DNA from: Octopus vulgaris | Lineage: Eukaryota | Length of the DNA stretch: 64,000 nt | Direction: 5' to 3' | Assembly (NCBI GenBank): GCA_951406725.2 | Contig: OX597839.1 | Location: 10,044,001 to 10,108,000 of the forward strand | Shown here: piece by piece, positions 1 through 11,400 of the stretch | How positions within the stretch are numbered: position 1 is the stretch's first letter | Layout of the letters: each line of letters starts with the position of its first letter | Translations under genes and position numbers: made by a program | Notes under the pieces: generated by a model | Told to the model about the DNA's origin: nothing | Database searches by the model: none | The model's input: the letters and a program-made list of their open reading frames with translations, nothing else

Positions 1-507
1 TCTAACACCACTGAATGCGAGGTCTTCAATTTCCCTTTCTGGAAAGTAGCCTTGACACATTTGTCAAGACCAAATACCACCACTGAATGCTTTCACAGTA
101 CACAATAGACCTTCAAGCTTATTTTCTTCTCAATTTTATACTCATACCATTTTCTGTTAAGTTCACTTGTCAGGGGTATCAGGGCTATGCAAAAAATTAG
201 AGGTGAAAGTGAGTTACCTTAGAAAATACCACAGTTGATAATTAATATTGTTTGTATTCAGTATCCCGTTAGGGTGGTATGATTGGAGATTCATTTTCTT
301 CACTGACATGTGTTTCAAGAAGTTTAAAATTACAGAAGAAATTTTGAAGATATCCAATGATTTTTACATTTTAAGAAATGTGCTTTGATCCAAAATTCTC
401 ATTGCATTTTATCCACTCTAGAAATTATAATGATTTTACCACAGGAAAACTTTGGCAATACTGAATAAGTTCCAATTTCTGACATAGAGATATATAAAAA
501 AATTAAC

Positions 508-537
508 ATGGCCTCACCCCATCTTTTCCTGTTTGCA
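508..537 (+). CDS. Candidate first coding exon of the GLUT gene (MASPHLFLFA)
   Basis: aacATGG context and a phase-0 donor GCA|gtaaga compatible with the exon at 1500. The same bases also read as an acceptor, and the true exon 1 may lie outside the window. Confidence 0.2.
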
Positions 538-714
538 GTAAGAATCAGTCTTGTAGCCAAATGATATTAGAGAATATTAGAAAATTTGAAAAACAGTGCC
601 ACTGTCTAATTTAAAAACAGGAAGTCTTAGTTATTGAAGGTTATGATAATATAGCATAATGGTAGATATTAAAGCAACAGCTTCCACAAATTTTAGTTTC
701 TTCCAGATTTCCTT

Positions 715-1118
715 CTATAAGCAAGGATAGCTTTAAGATATTTTAATGGCAGTATCTAAATGGAATTTTAATGGGTGGTGAAAAACTGAGCTGAGCAGCA
801 GAAGATCTTCAGAGAGGAAGCCCCTCTCAGGCAGGTGTTCCAGCCCTTAATTTCTTACACACTAAGTAGGCTAGGCCACGTCCAGGTCATGGTTCCTGAG
901 TACCCTTCTGCTATAAGCAAGGATAGCTTTAAGATATTTTAATGGCAGTATCTAAATGGAATTTTAATGGGTGGTGAAAAACTGAGCTGAGCAGCAGAAG
1001 ATCTTCAGAGAAGAAGCCCCTCTCAGGCAGGTGTTCCAGCCCTTAATTTCTTACACACTAAGGGGGCTAGGCCATGTCCAGGTCATGTCCAGGTCATGGT
1101 TCTTGGGTACCTTTCTGC
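715..1118. repeat. Direct tandem duplication, unit about 196 bp x2
   Basis: ctataagcaaggatagctttaag...ccttctg occurs at 715 and 911, nearly identical. Confidence 0.92.
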
Positions 1119-1499
1119 CGACACTTTTTAGTCACTTGTGGGAAGTAACATTTAATGATTATTATTTTTATTAATGTTACAAAATATGTTTTAATGGGAT
1201 TTTAAAGGAATTGTTGTTAGCATTTCAAAGAGCTTTAGTTGGGGATTCAATATTTTAATGGGGTCTTAAGTGTAGTTTTAACAGAATTTTTGAGTATTTT
1301 TTTAAAGATTTATATTAATAGAATATCAATGGATTTAGAATAGGATTTGGATGGAGTTAAAATGTTCATAAATGGTAGTTTATTGGAATTTTAATTGGAT
1401 TTTTAATGAATTTTAAATGGGATTTTAATAAGGTTCTAATAGAATTTCCAGATGACTTTTATTGCTGCTAATTTTATACTTTTTCTCTCTCTTTTTCAG

Positions 1500-1598
1500 G
1501 GATGCTTCCAGAAACTTGTTTTTTCAATATTTGCTTGCATCATCGGATCATCATTCCAGTATGGCTACCACATAGGAGTACTGAACTTGCCAGAAAAA
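1500..1598 (+). CDS. SLC2A1: GLUT exon (TM1): [33 protein letters not shown]
   Basis: Acceptor ctttttcag, donor gtgagt; aligns with GLUT1 LGSLQFGYNTGVINAPQK. Confidence 0.93.
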
Positions 1599-4500
1599 GT
1601 GAGTGTACATTTTTACCACTGTTTGTTCGTTTGTTTCTTCCTTTCTCTGATTCTTTCATGTGCACCATCTGTCTATCCATCTATCTATCTGTTTGTCGAC
1701 CGAGGTTACCGTGGTCTTTTCCGTAAGCTTTTCTTCCCACGGATAAACCTTATCTGCTTCGCCCTTTACACCTTACATCATGACACTGTGATATACGATC
1801 CCTATCGATCGTTTTTTTTCTTCTTTTTTCTTTTCTTTTGTTTCTTTTCCTTTTTCTTTTTTTTTCTTCTTTCCCTTTTACGATCACTTTTGATCAAAAA
1901 CCTACCCCATCTTTTTTTTTTCTTTCCCCAAAAAAGAAAAGCTCTACTTTGTAATCTGTCCTGTCTGTGTGCAACCCTGTGTGGCTAATAAAGAAACATA
2001 TCTGTCTGTCTTTCTGTCTGTCTGACTCACTTTCTGTCTATCTATCTTTCTATTTTTTTTTTCCTTTTCCATTCCCCCCCACTTTTTTTATTTTATTTTA
2101 TCCCCCCCTTTTTTTGTCTTCTTTCTTTCCATTTACGATCCCTTTTGATCGAAAACCAAACCCCTTCTTTCATCCCCAAAAGAAAAGCTCTACCTTGTAA
2201 TTTTGTCCTGTCTGTGTGCAGCCCTGTGTGGCTAATAAAGAAACATATCTAATCATTCATCCATCCATCATAATCTTCATCAGCATCATCATCATTTACA
2301 GGCACTTTCCATGCTGGTTAGGCTGGACAGGTTGTCAAAGTTCAAGTCACTTCTAACTCAGGGTTAAAATCCTCCTTGATGAGTCAGAGAATCATGTCTG
2401 ATACGTACATTTTTTCCATGGTGTCTGCTGCTTGATCCCCTTCATAGCTCCAACTACTTTTGAGAGTCTACTGGGTACATTCTATTGTAGTTCCAGCACT
2501 AGAGAGGTTATGTCTTTGATAATGCTACATTGTCTCTGACCATATAACAATAAGTACAGTGATGGATTTTGTGTACAGATAGGAATTCATCAAGGCGTGC
2601 TAACGTTTCTGCCAGCTCGCCACCAGGATTGAGATTCTGTTAACCCTTTCGTTACCAACCCGGCCAAAACCGGCTCTGGCTCTATAGTACAAATGTCTTG
2701 CTTTCATAAGTTTTCAATTAAAATCTTCCACCAAACCTTAGTCGCAATTTATATACCTAACACTAGTTGAATGATAACTGAGTTATTTTACTAAATTCTT
2801 TGTTATATTTAAAATAATTGAAAGAAACACTGAGCATCTCAAAATAAATACAGTAACGAAAGGGTTAAGCTTTTTCCCACAACTTGTCTTCTAACGCCCA
2901 TTCCTCCATCAATTATCAGCATTACCCTATTTCCTTCCTTCAATTGCTCTCTGTTGAACTGATATTTTCTGCATCCAACTCAACTCCCTATCTCTAATCA
3001 TCTATCAAACTATTTACCCTCAGCACACTTAACTACACGTCCACCTTTTCTGCTCCTCTGTCCTATTCTTTCATTTTCACTTTGTACCTTGACCTCTTAC
3101 TTGTACTTGTACTTGTGGCGACATTCATCCTGGGCGGGTTGAGTCAGCTTATTCTACCACCCTCGAGGCATCTCGAACCATGGCAGACAACGCATGACGG
3201 TCCTGCATCAGTTCACTGGAGATAGTGAGCCAGTCACAGTTCCATCGGCGCAGGCCGACCACCTGCGGTCCCATGAGCACAAAGAGGTCTTCCTTGATCG
3301 TCGTAACCCAGGTCTTCAGCTGCCCGCCCGCGCGTTTCCGCCAATTGGGAAGTGGAGTTGGGAGAAGGACATCACGACTCAGTTCACCCACCGGACGCCT
3401 ACAAGTCCATCCCCTCCTCACCGTGGTGGGGACGCTGGCAACGGATAGTGTCAGAGCTATGCCGTCGGGAACTTCGGTTCCTGGTAGGGCCACCCAAGGC
3501 AGATTGGTCTGACACCGAGTGGTATTAGGGCCACAACCTGGCAGACGGGGCTCTGGTGAAAATCCTCGGAGTGTCTGTTTCGGCAACTGGCGCTCCTCAG
3601 TCGTTCTGTCCCTGCGTCTGCGGAAATCTACAGCAAACAGGATGTCTCTACATGCAGCATTGTTGGGGACTGCTTGTAAAATCCACATATTCCCACGAAA
3701 CTTCTTCCATGAATTCTCAATGGCGAATACCTTGACTCACATCTCTTTATGTCCTCTCTCTCTCTCTTCCCAGGTGGGCAAGCTATATATTCACCTTTTC
3801 ACTAGGACACCAGCTTCTGTCCCTCTAACCCAGTTTCTTATCCCTCAATTCTATATCCCACTCATTTGAGGGGATCATATCTTGCAAGTACTTGGTGATC
3901 TAACTAGTGCTGATGCCATGCAAAAAGCACACAGTACACTTTCCTCCTGCATCTTGCAGCTCACCTGCGACGGACCGACATCCCATCCAGGTGAGGAACT
4001 TATACGCCAAGGAAACCAGGAAACTGGCCCTTATGAGCCAGGCATGGCTCGAGAAGGAACAAACAAATGATAATGATTGTGTGTGTGTGTGTGGCGGGGT
4101 GCAAGTGTCTTCTACTGCAGCCCCAAGCTGCTCAAAGCCTAGTGAGTGGATTCAGTAGACTAAAACTGAAAGAAGCCTGTCGTATATGTATGTACGTATT
4201 GATAAAATAATGAACACAAATGAAAGAAGACAATGAAGAAGGGGCAAGTTTTAAAAAAAGGTAATCTCATTTCATTTTGTGATCATTGCTTTCATTATAT
4301 ATTTTTAATGTCTATGGAGACCTCTTATTTTATATCGTTGTTCATCAATCCTCATTTGTATGTGTGTGTATATATATATAGTGAAGGTACATGGCTCAGT
4401 GGTTAGAGCGTCGAGCTTACGATCGTGAGGTTGTGAGCTCGAATCCCGGACTGGGCTGCGTGTTGTGTTCTTGAGCAAGACACTTTATTTCACGTTGCTC

Positions 4501-5632
4501 CAGTTCACTCAGCTGTAGAAATGAGTTGCGACATCACTGGTGCCAAGCTATATTGGCCCCTTTGCCTTTCCCTTGGATAACACTGGTGGCATGGAGAGGG
4601 AAGGCTGGTATGCATGGGTGATTGCTGGTCTTCCATAAACAACCTTGCCCAGACTTGTGCCTCAGAGGGTAACTTTCTAGGTGCAAGCCCATGGTCAGTG
4701 TCTGACCAAAGGGGGTCTCAATATATGTATATAGTTGCAGGCATGGCTGTGTGGCAAGAAGCTTGGTTCCCAACCACATGCTTCTGGATTCAGTCTCAAT
4801 GTGTGGCACCTTGGGCAAGGGCCTTCTGTTATAGCCTTGGGGCAACCAAAAACTTGTGAGTAGATTTCATTGACAGAAACTGAAAGAAGCCCATTATATA
4901 TACAAGGGGTGTTCATTAAAGATTTTCCCTGATCCACTTCCCAAGGACTGGGATAAATGTAACTTGGCATAATTATTAGTCCTTCTCTACATAGCCACCA
5001 CCAATGATGACACACTTCTCCCATCACTTTAAGCAGCTGTTAAGACCTTGTCTGTAGAAATCAGTAGGTTTTGTCTGGAGCCAAAACTTTACCTCGGCAA
5101 TAAGTTCATCATCATCTGAAAGTGCTTCCCCTTCAAAAAAGACTTCATAGTTGGAAAGAGGTGGAAGTCAGATGGTGCAAGGTGAGGAGAGTAAGGGGGA
5201 TGAGGAAAGATTTCATAGCTGCAAGAGTGTGCTTTCTTTCTGTCTATCCATCCATCCATCCATCCATCTAACTCTGTGTCCATCTGTCCACCTACTAAAT
5301 CCACCTGTCCACTCATATGACCCTTCTTACCTATTTATGTCTTCATCAATCCATCCTTCTCTTTGTCCATTTTTCCATCCTATATATTTAAATTTCTTGT
5401 TTCCATCCCAGGTATTGTTAGAATTCTACAATGATACACTATACAGCCGTGAAAAACAGTACCTGTCTGGCAATATGAAACCATTCCTTTGGGGTTTAAC
5501 TGTGTCAATATACTGCATTGGTGGAATGATTGGTGGTTATATTTCCTCTTATTTTATCAGGAACTTTGGAAGGTATGTGATGTTTTAATTCTTGACATCA
5601 TAACATTGTTGTTATGTATGTATGTATGTATG

Positions 5633-5663
<31 letters not shown>

Positions 5664-6320
5664 ATGTCAACTGGTCAACTATTGAAGTCTGTAAGCTTGA
5701 TAGAAAAACTCAAAAGTGTTTTGACAATGATTAAAATACACCACTTAAAGGCAGAAAATACACCACTTATAGCCAAGAAAAGAGGGTGGCCGTGGACTCT
5801 TACAACTTGAATTAACCCTAAAGATTGCCACAGTTGGCCTAAACACCTATCTAAAAAATTATGATGATTGGACCTTTTGAGCAGGATGAGTTACTTGACC
5901 AGAAGAAAATTCTAACTGGGCCCCACCTGCAAGGTCCTGTGCTGTTTATCTTGATATGAGATCACCATGTTGCGCACATATGGTTGTGATGCATGTACCT
6001 GGTGTACCTTTATCAGACGGGTAGTCATGATGGGTATACTGGGCTTCATATATTTTACCCCAGTGTCACTTTGATAGCATGCACTGCTCTCTCACTCAAT
6101 AATAATAATCAGACAAATACATAACAAAAACACCAGGACTTACAAACACATATAACATACAGAAAATTGCACTACTAGGCACTGCATACATCCTACGCAG
6201 AACACTTTCAATACAGTAACCATCAGAGCATAACAACAAAACACAGCACATATCCAAGGCACACAGAGCTGCGCTCGGGAGTGAAGTGAAAGCACGTTAT
6301 AAAAATAAAACTACTGAATG

Positions 6321-6354
<34 letters not shown>

Positions 6355-8461
6355 CAATAATAATAACACTGACAATAATAATTATAATATATTTTTTTTA
6401 TTTATGACTAAAGGTTCACACGAAAACAAAGACATTGGGAACGGTACAAGACAATACAATGTCGGATTACATAAAATGGAACATGTAAACAATGTAAATT
6501 GTTTACATGTTCCATTTTATGTAGCGTAAGAACAGCTGCCAAATATTAGTGGTTGACCCAGGCAAAGGCCTTAGACTGATCCAAATTGACCAAAGCCTTA
6601 CCCATGCCAGCTTCTTTACCCACCCTGTCTATGATGTATTGCATGAGGTGTAGATTGTTGTGGATGGACTTGCTTGGGATGGTGCATGGTAGCACATCAC
6701 AAATCAGTTCCTCAACAACAAGTGCCAACTTCTTTGCTAACACCTTGGCCAAAGTTTTGAAATCTGGGTTTTCAGCAGAGTTTAGGCCTGATATTTTCTA
6801 TTTGATCCCCTTCATTTGTGTAATTCTTCAGCAGTGCCACCACTCCTCAACTCACAGAACTAGGAATACTTCCATTCAGCTGCCATTTGTGGTAAATAAA
6901 TTTTAAATGCCAAACAAGTCTGGCATATAGAATTAAAGCTCCAATGACAGATCATCCAAACCAGGCAATTTATCTCTTGTGCAGCCTATCAGTCTCTCTA
7001 TAATCTTCATCATCATTATTTGACATATGCTTTCCATGAATTAGACAGTTTGACAAGGATCTGATGAGCTGAAAGGACTGCATATATATGCTCCAAAAGC
7101 ATAGTTTATTTGGTAGATAGATAATAAGCAGCTTGCTTTATTATAATACACATGTGACTAAATCAGAGGGCATCCTTGGCGTTAGGAAGGGCATCCTGGC
7201 ATTAGGAAGGGCATCCAGCTGTAGAAACTCTGCCAAATCAAGATTGGAGACTAGTGCAACCATCTGGTTCACCAGCCCTCAGTCAAAATCATCCAACCAA
7301 TGCCAGCATGGAAAGCGGATGTTAAACGATGATGATGATGATAATAATAATGATTCATACATCATCACTCTCGTAATCCAACACTTTGTAATTTTGGTTC
7401 AAATTGAAAGTGTGAAGCTATTTTCACTTTCTAATGAAACCTGGTCATTGTAGAGAAGTGTATTTCAAATAATTATAGCTGGTTGTTGAGCTAACATAGA
7501 AAATATGTAAATGAAAATAAAGTTTATTTAAAATGTGAAATTGATTTGATTGTTCTGGTTAAACATCAGTTGGTAAGAATAGAAGTCATTTGACAAGACC
7601 TTTTTTGTTTGTAATTGGCTCTCCTGTTGCTGGTTCAATCCATGGAATATTGAAATGATATCTCTCTTGTCCATTCCACAGAATAAGTTAAGTTAAGTTA
7701 ATTTTTTGGCTCAAAAAGCAAAAAGCAAGGCCATGTAGGGGGACATGGAGTTATGTACAGGGAGGGTGTTCATGCAAAGAGTTCAGGCCATTTCTGGTCA
7801 AGAGAGACTTTGAACCGAGCGGTCGTCGGCATCTTCACTATCTCGTCCGGCAGCTTATTCCACGGATCCGCAACCCGGACGGAGAAAGCCCCTCTCTTTC
7901 AATTGAGATGAAATCGTCGCAGATAGAGCTTTTCGGAGTGACCCCGCAGCCCACGCTCTGGAGCAGGAGTGAAGAACAGCTCTTTCGAGAGGTTTCACTT
8001 TCCGCTTATGATGTTGTGAGCGAAAATGAGATCACCACGGCGGCGGCGTTTTTCTAGAGAATAAAGAGTATACTGGACAGCATCATAAGAGGGATGAGTC
8101 TGTGAAACACATTTAAGGTTGTTATCTTGAACAAGAATGAGAATGTCATGATTTTCACGGGGAGCACCAACCATAAGGATGGATACTTCATTAGATGTTT
8201 ACTATAGATGTAACAAATGCAGAAACACACACACATACTCACAGACACATACACACTCATAGAATTAATAATATTGAAAACAGCAAAATGTACACAGGAG
8301 TGGCTGTGTGGTAAGTAGCTTGCTAACCAACCACATGGTTCCGGGTTCAGTCCGACTGTGTGGCATCTTGGGCAAGTGTCTTCTGCTATAGCCCCGGGCC
8401 GACCAATGCCTTGTGAGTGGATTTGGTAGACGGAAACTGAAAGAAGCCTGTCGTATATACG

Positions 8462-8498
<37 letters not shown>

Positions 8499-11400
8499 TT
8501 GTGTGTCTGTGTTTGTCCCCCTAGCATTGCTTGACAACCAATGCTGGTGTGTTTACGTCCCCGTCACTTAGCAGTTCAGCAAAAGAGACCGATAGAATAA
8601 GTACTAGGCTTACAAAGAATAAGTCCCGGGGTCGATTTGCTCGACTAAAGGCAGTGCTCCAGCATGGTCGCAGTCAAATGACTGAAACAAGTAAAAGAGT
8701 ACACACACGAAGTTCAAGTGAGATGAAGTGTAGTTAACATAGGTGCAAAACATACTTTCTGTAGCATAGTTATGCTATAAAAAAATAATGGAAAGTCATC
8801 AATTTAGCAAAAGTTAGTATGGCAGTACGACTTAATACGATGATGCTGGTCAGCAGACTAATGCCTGAGGGATGCATCAAGTGACTTCTAGTAGCCTGAA
8901 CTACAATGGGCTTGTCCCACAGAAAACATACCTGGTTACTTTTGGGTATCCCCTTGTACTTGAATAATCAGCTTCGAGATTTCAATGATGTGATTGTCTT
9001 ACTTTTAAAATGGCATTGCAGGATACGTGTGAAAGGCCAGATCCAGCTGGTTTGAACGTAAAATGGGTAGAAAATTTGGGCCAGATATGGCCAATTTGAA
9101 TGCTAAAGGGTTAAGGGAGATTTTCTGCTATTTCTTCCAGATTTAGGGATCAGTATAGAGACTGTATTATTAAATGTATTCTTTCTTTAGCTAACACAGT
9201 AAGATGTGCGATTTGAGAGAAATTTAGCTGCTATTTCTAACATACCGAATGAATTTATAGAGGCTCCTTCATTGGTTTGTAAAGGCAGGTTGTAGGTAGC
9301 TATTGTTGTTGTTGCTACTGTTGTTGTTGTTGTTGCTGCTGCTGTTGTTGTTGTTGCTGTATTAGCTATCTATGGTCTGTTTGTCTTCTATTTTCCAGAA
9401 AGACCACCCTCCTATGGAATAATTTACCAACCATTGTTGCTCTGACGCTCATGTGTTTCTCAAAATTGGCTCACTCCTTTGAAATGATTATTATTGGCAG
9501 ATTTATAGTTGGAATCAGTGCGGGTAAGTCATTGTTTATATATTTCACACTTCACGCTACACTGCTTTTAATCTCCTCCATACACACCGAAGTAATTTGA
9601 TTATTAAGGGAAGTGAGACATGGGCCCTGAATGCAGAGGACATGCAAAGTTAGAAAGGAATGAGGCTAGTATGCTCTACTGGAGCATGTGTAATGTAGGT
9701 GTACATGTTCAACAAACTGTTTGGTAAGTAGCTTGTTTACCAACCACATGGTTCCGGGTTCAGTCCCACTGCGTGGCACCTTGGGCAAGTGTCTTCTACT
9801 ATAGCCTCGGGCCGACCAAAGCCTTGTGAGTGGATTTGGTAGACAGAAACTGAAAAGAAGCCCGTCGTATATATGTATATATAGATATGCGTGTGTGTGT
9901 TTGTGTGTCTGTGTTTGTCCCCCTAGCATTGCTTGACAACCGATGCTGGTGTGTTTATGTCCCCGTTACTTAGCGGTTCAGCAAAAGAGACCGATAGAAT
10001 AAGTACTGGGCTTACAAACGAATAAGTCCCGGGGTCGAGTTGCTCGATTGAAGGCGGTGCTCCAGCATGGCCGCAGTCAAATGACTGAAACAAGTAAAAG
10101 AGTAAAAGTGCTGTTTTGAGAGAGAAATTAGGAATGAGAGGAATTAATTGCTATGTGCAAGAGAGAAGACTGTGCTGGTTTGGTCATGTGGTGCAGACGG
10201 ATGCCAACAGCTCCATAAAGAAGTGTTAATCTCTCAAGGTAGACAGAACACAGAAGTGGGAGACCCAGGAAGACCTGGGATGAAGTACTGAAGAACAACC
10301 TCAGGATACTGAACCTTTCAGTCAAGATGACAAAGGACCAAGATGCACAACACCTTACGGTACTCAGGAAGACCCATACTCCACAGCAGGAGTGTTAAAA
10401 CCAGTCCTTCTGGTGGTGTAAAGCACTCATGGTGGTGCCACATAAAAGTGCCCATATGGGTCCACATAAAAGCACCTGTGCGGGGCGACATAATAGTGCC
10501 TGTGTGGTGCCATGTAAAAGTACCTGTGCAGTGCCTTGTAAAAGTACCTGTGCAGTGGTACGTAAAAGCATGGACAACGGACATTAAATGATGACGATGA
10601 ATGTGATGATTTCAAATTTTGGCACAAGGCCAGCAATTTCGGGGAGGAAGTAAGTTGATTATATCAACCCCAATGCTCAACTGATACATATTTTATCGAC
10701 CCTGAAAGGATGAAAGGCAAAGTCAGCTTCAGCAGAATTTGAACTCAGAACATAACAACAAAAAAAATGCCACTAAACATTTATCCAGTCTGCTCACAAT
10801 TTTGTCCGTTTGCTGCCTTATTTTGCCTAATGTAATGCTTATTTATTTGCACTGATTTGAATTAAATATGAATTATCTTTTTGTGTTGAGATTTCAATGA
10901 TGTGCTTGTTTATTTTTAGTATGACATTGTAAGGCGGGTGTAAGAGGCTGAATATGCCAGTCTGTTCATAAACAGTAAAATATTTGGGCCAGAGGATCTT
11001 TTCGGTTTGAACGGCAGTTTTTTCTAGCGGTGTCATATGAAATTGTCACCCATAATTATGACCCTAGTATCGATCTATTGCATTTCAATCTGTTTTAGGG
11101 TTATGGTTAGGGGTGGGGGTAAGGGTATCTTTTTTTCTTCAGAAATGTAAATAAACCCAATCTGTTTCTTAAACGAGGGACATATTCATACAGCACAGAA
11201 TGTTTTCACCTCAATAGACGTCATTGATTGGTTGAAATTGCAGAAATTGAAGAAAAAAAACAACAAATATCTTACAAACTATAGAATTTTCTCAATAAAG
11301 CCAAGAGAAAAAGATGTTTTATAAACACATTCTACCAGTATACGAAGTTTAAAAGTGTTTAGTTATGTGGAAACAATTTTAAAAAACTGCCGTTCAAACT

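Noticed and set aside
186-215. ATGCAAAAAATTAGAGGTGAAA|gtgagt as GLUT exon 1
   Set aside because: The donor is phase 1, whereas the exon at 1500 needs phase 0.
7061-7080. CTGATGAGCTGAAA as a hammerhead
   Set aside because: No stem II, stem III or cleavage triplet; part of a decayed RTE tail.
8054-8737. Recurrent ORFs MLGGQTQTH..., MSSNARGTN... and MTTDAGVF... as a gene family
   Set aside because: They are incidental translations of SINE family A copies.
10400-10570. 22-bp repeat array as a CRISPR array or a Cys/Val-rich repeat protein (also 13300-13460 and 52300-52760)
   Set aside because: The units are contiguous with no unique spacers, there are no cas genes, and the array sits in RTE 3'UTRs ending in (GAT)n.
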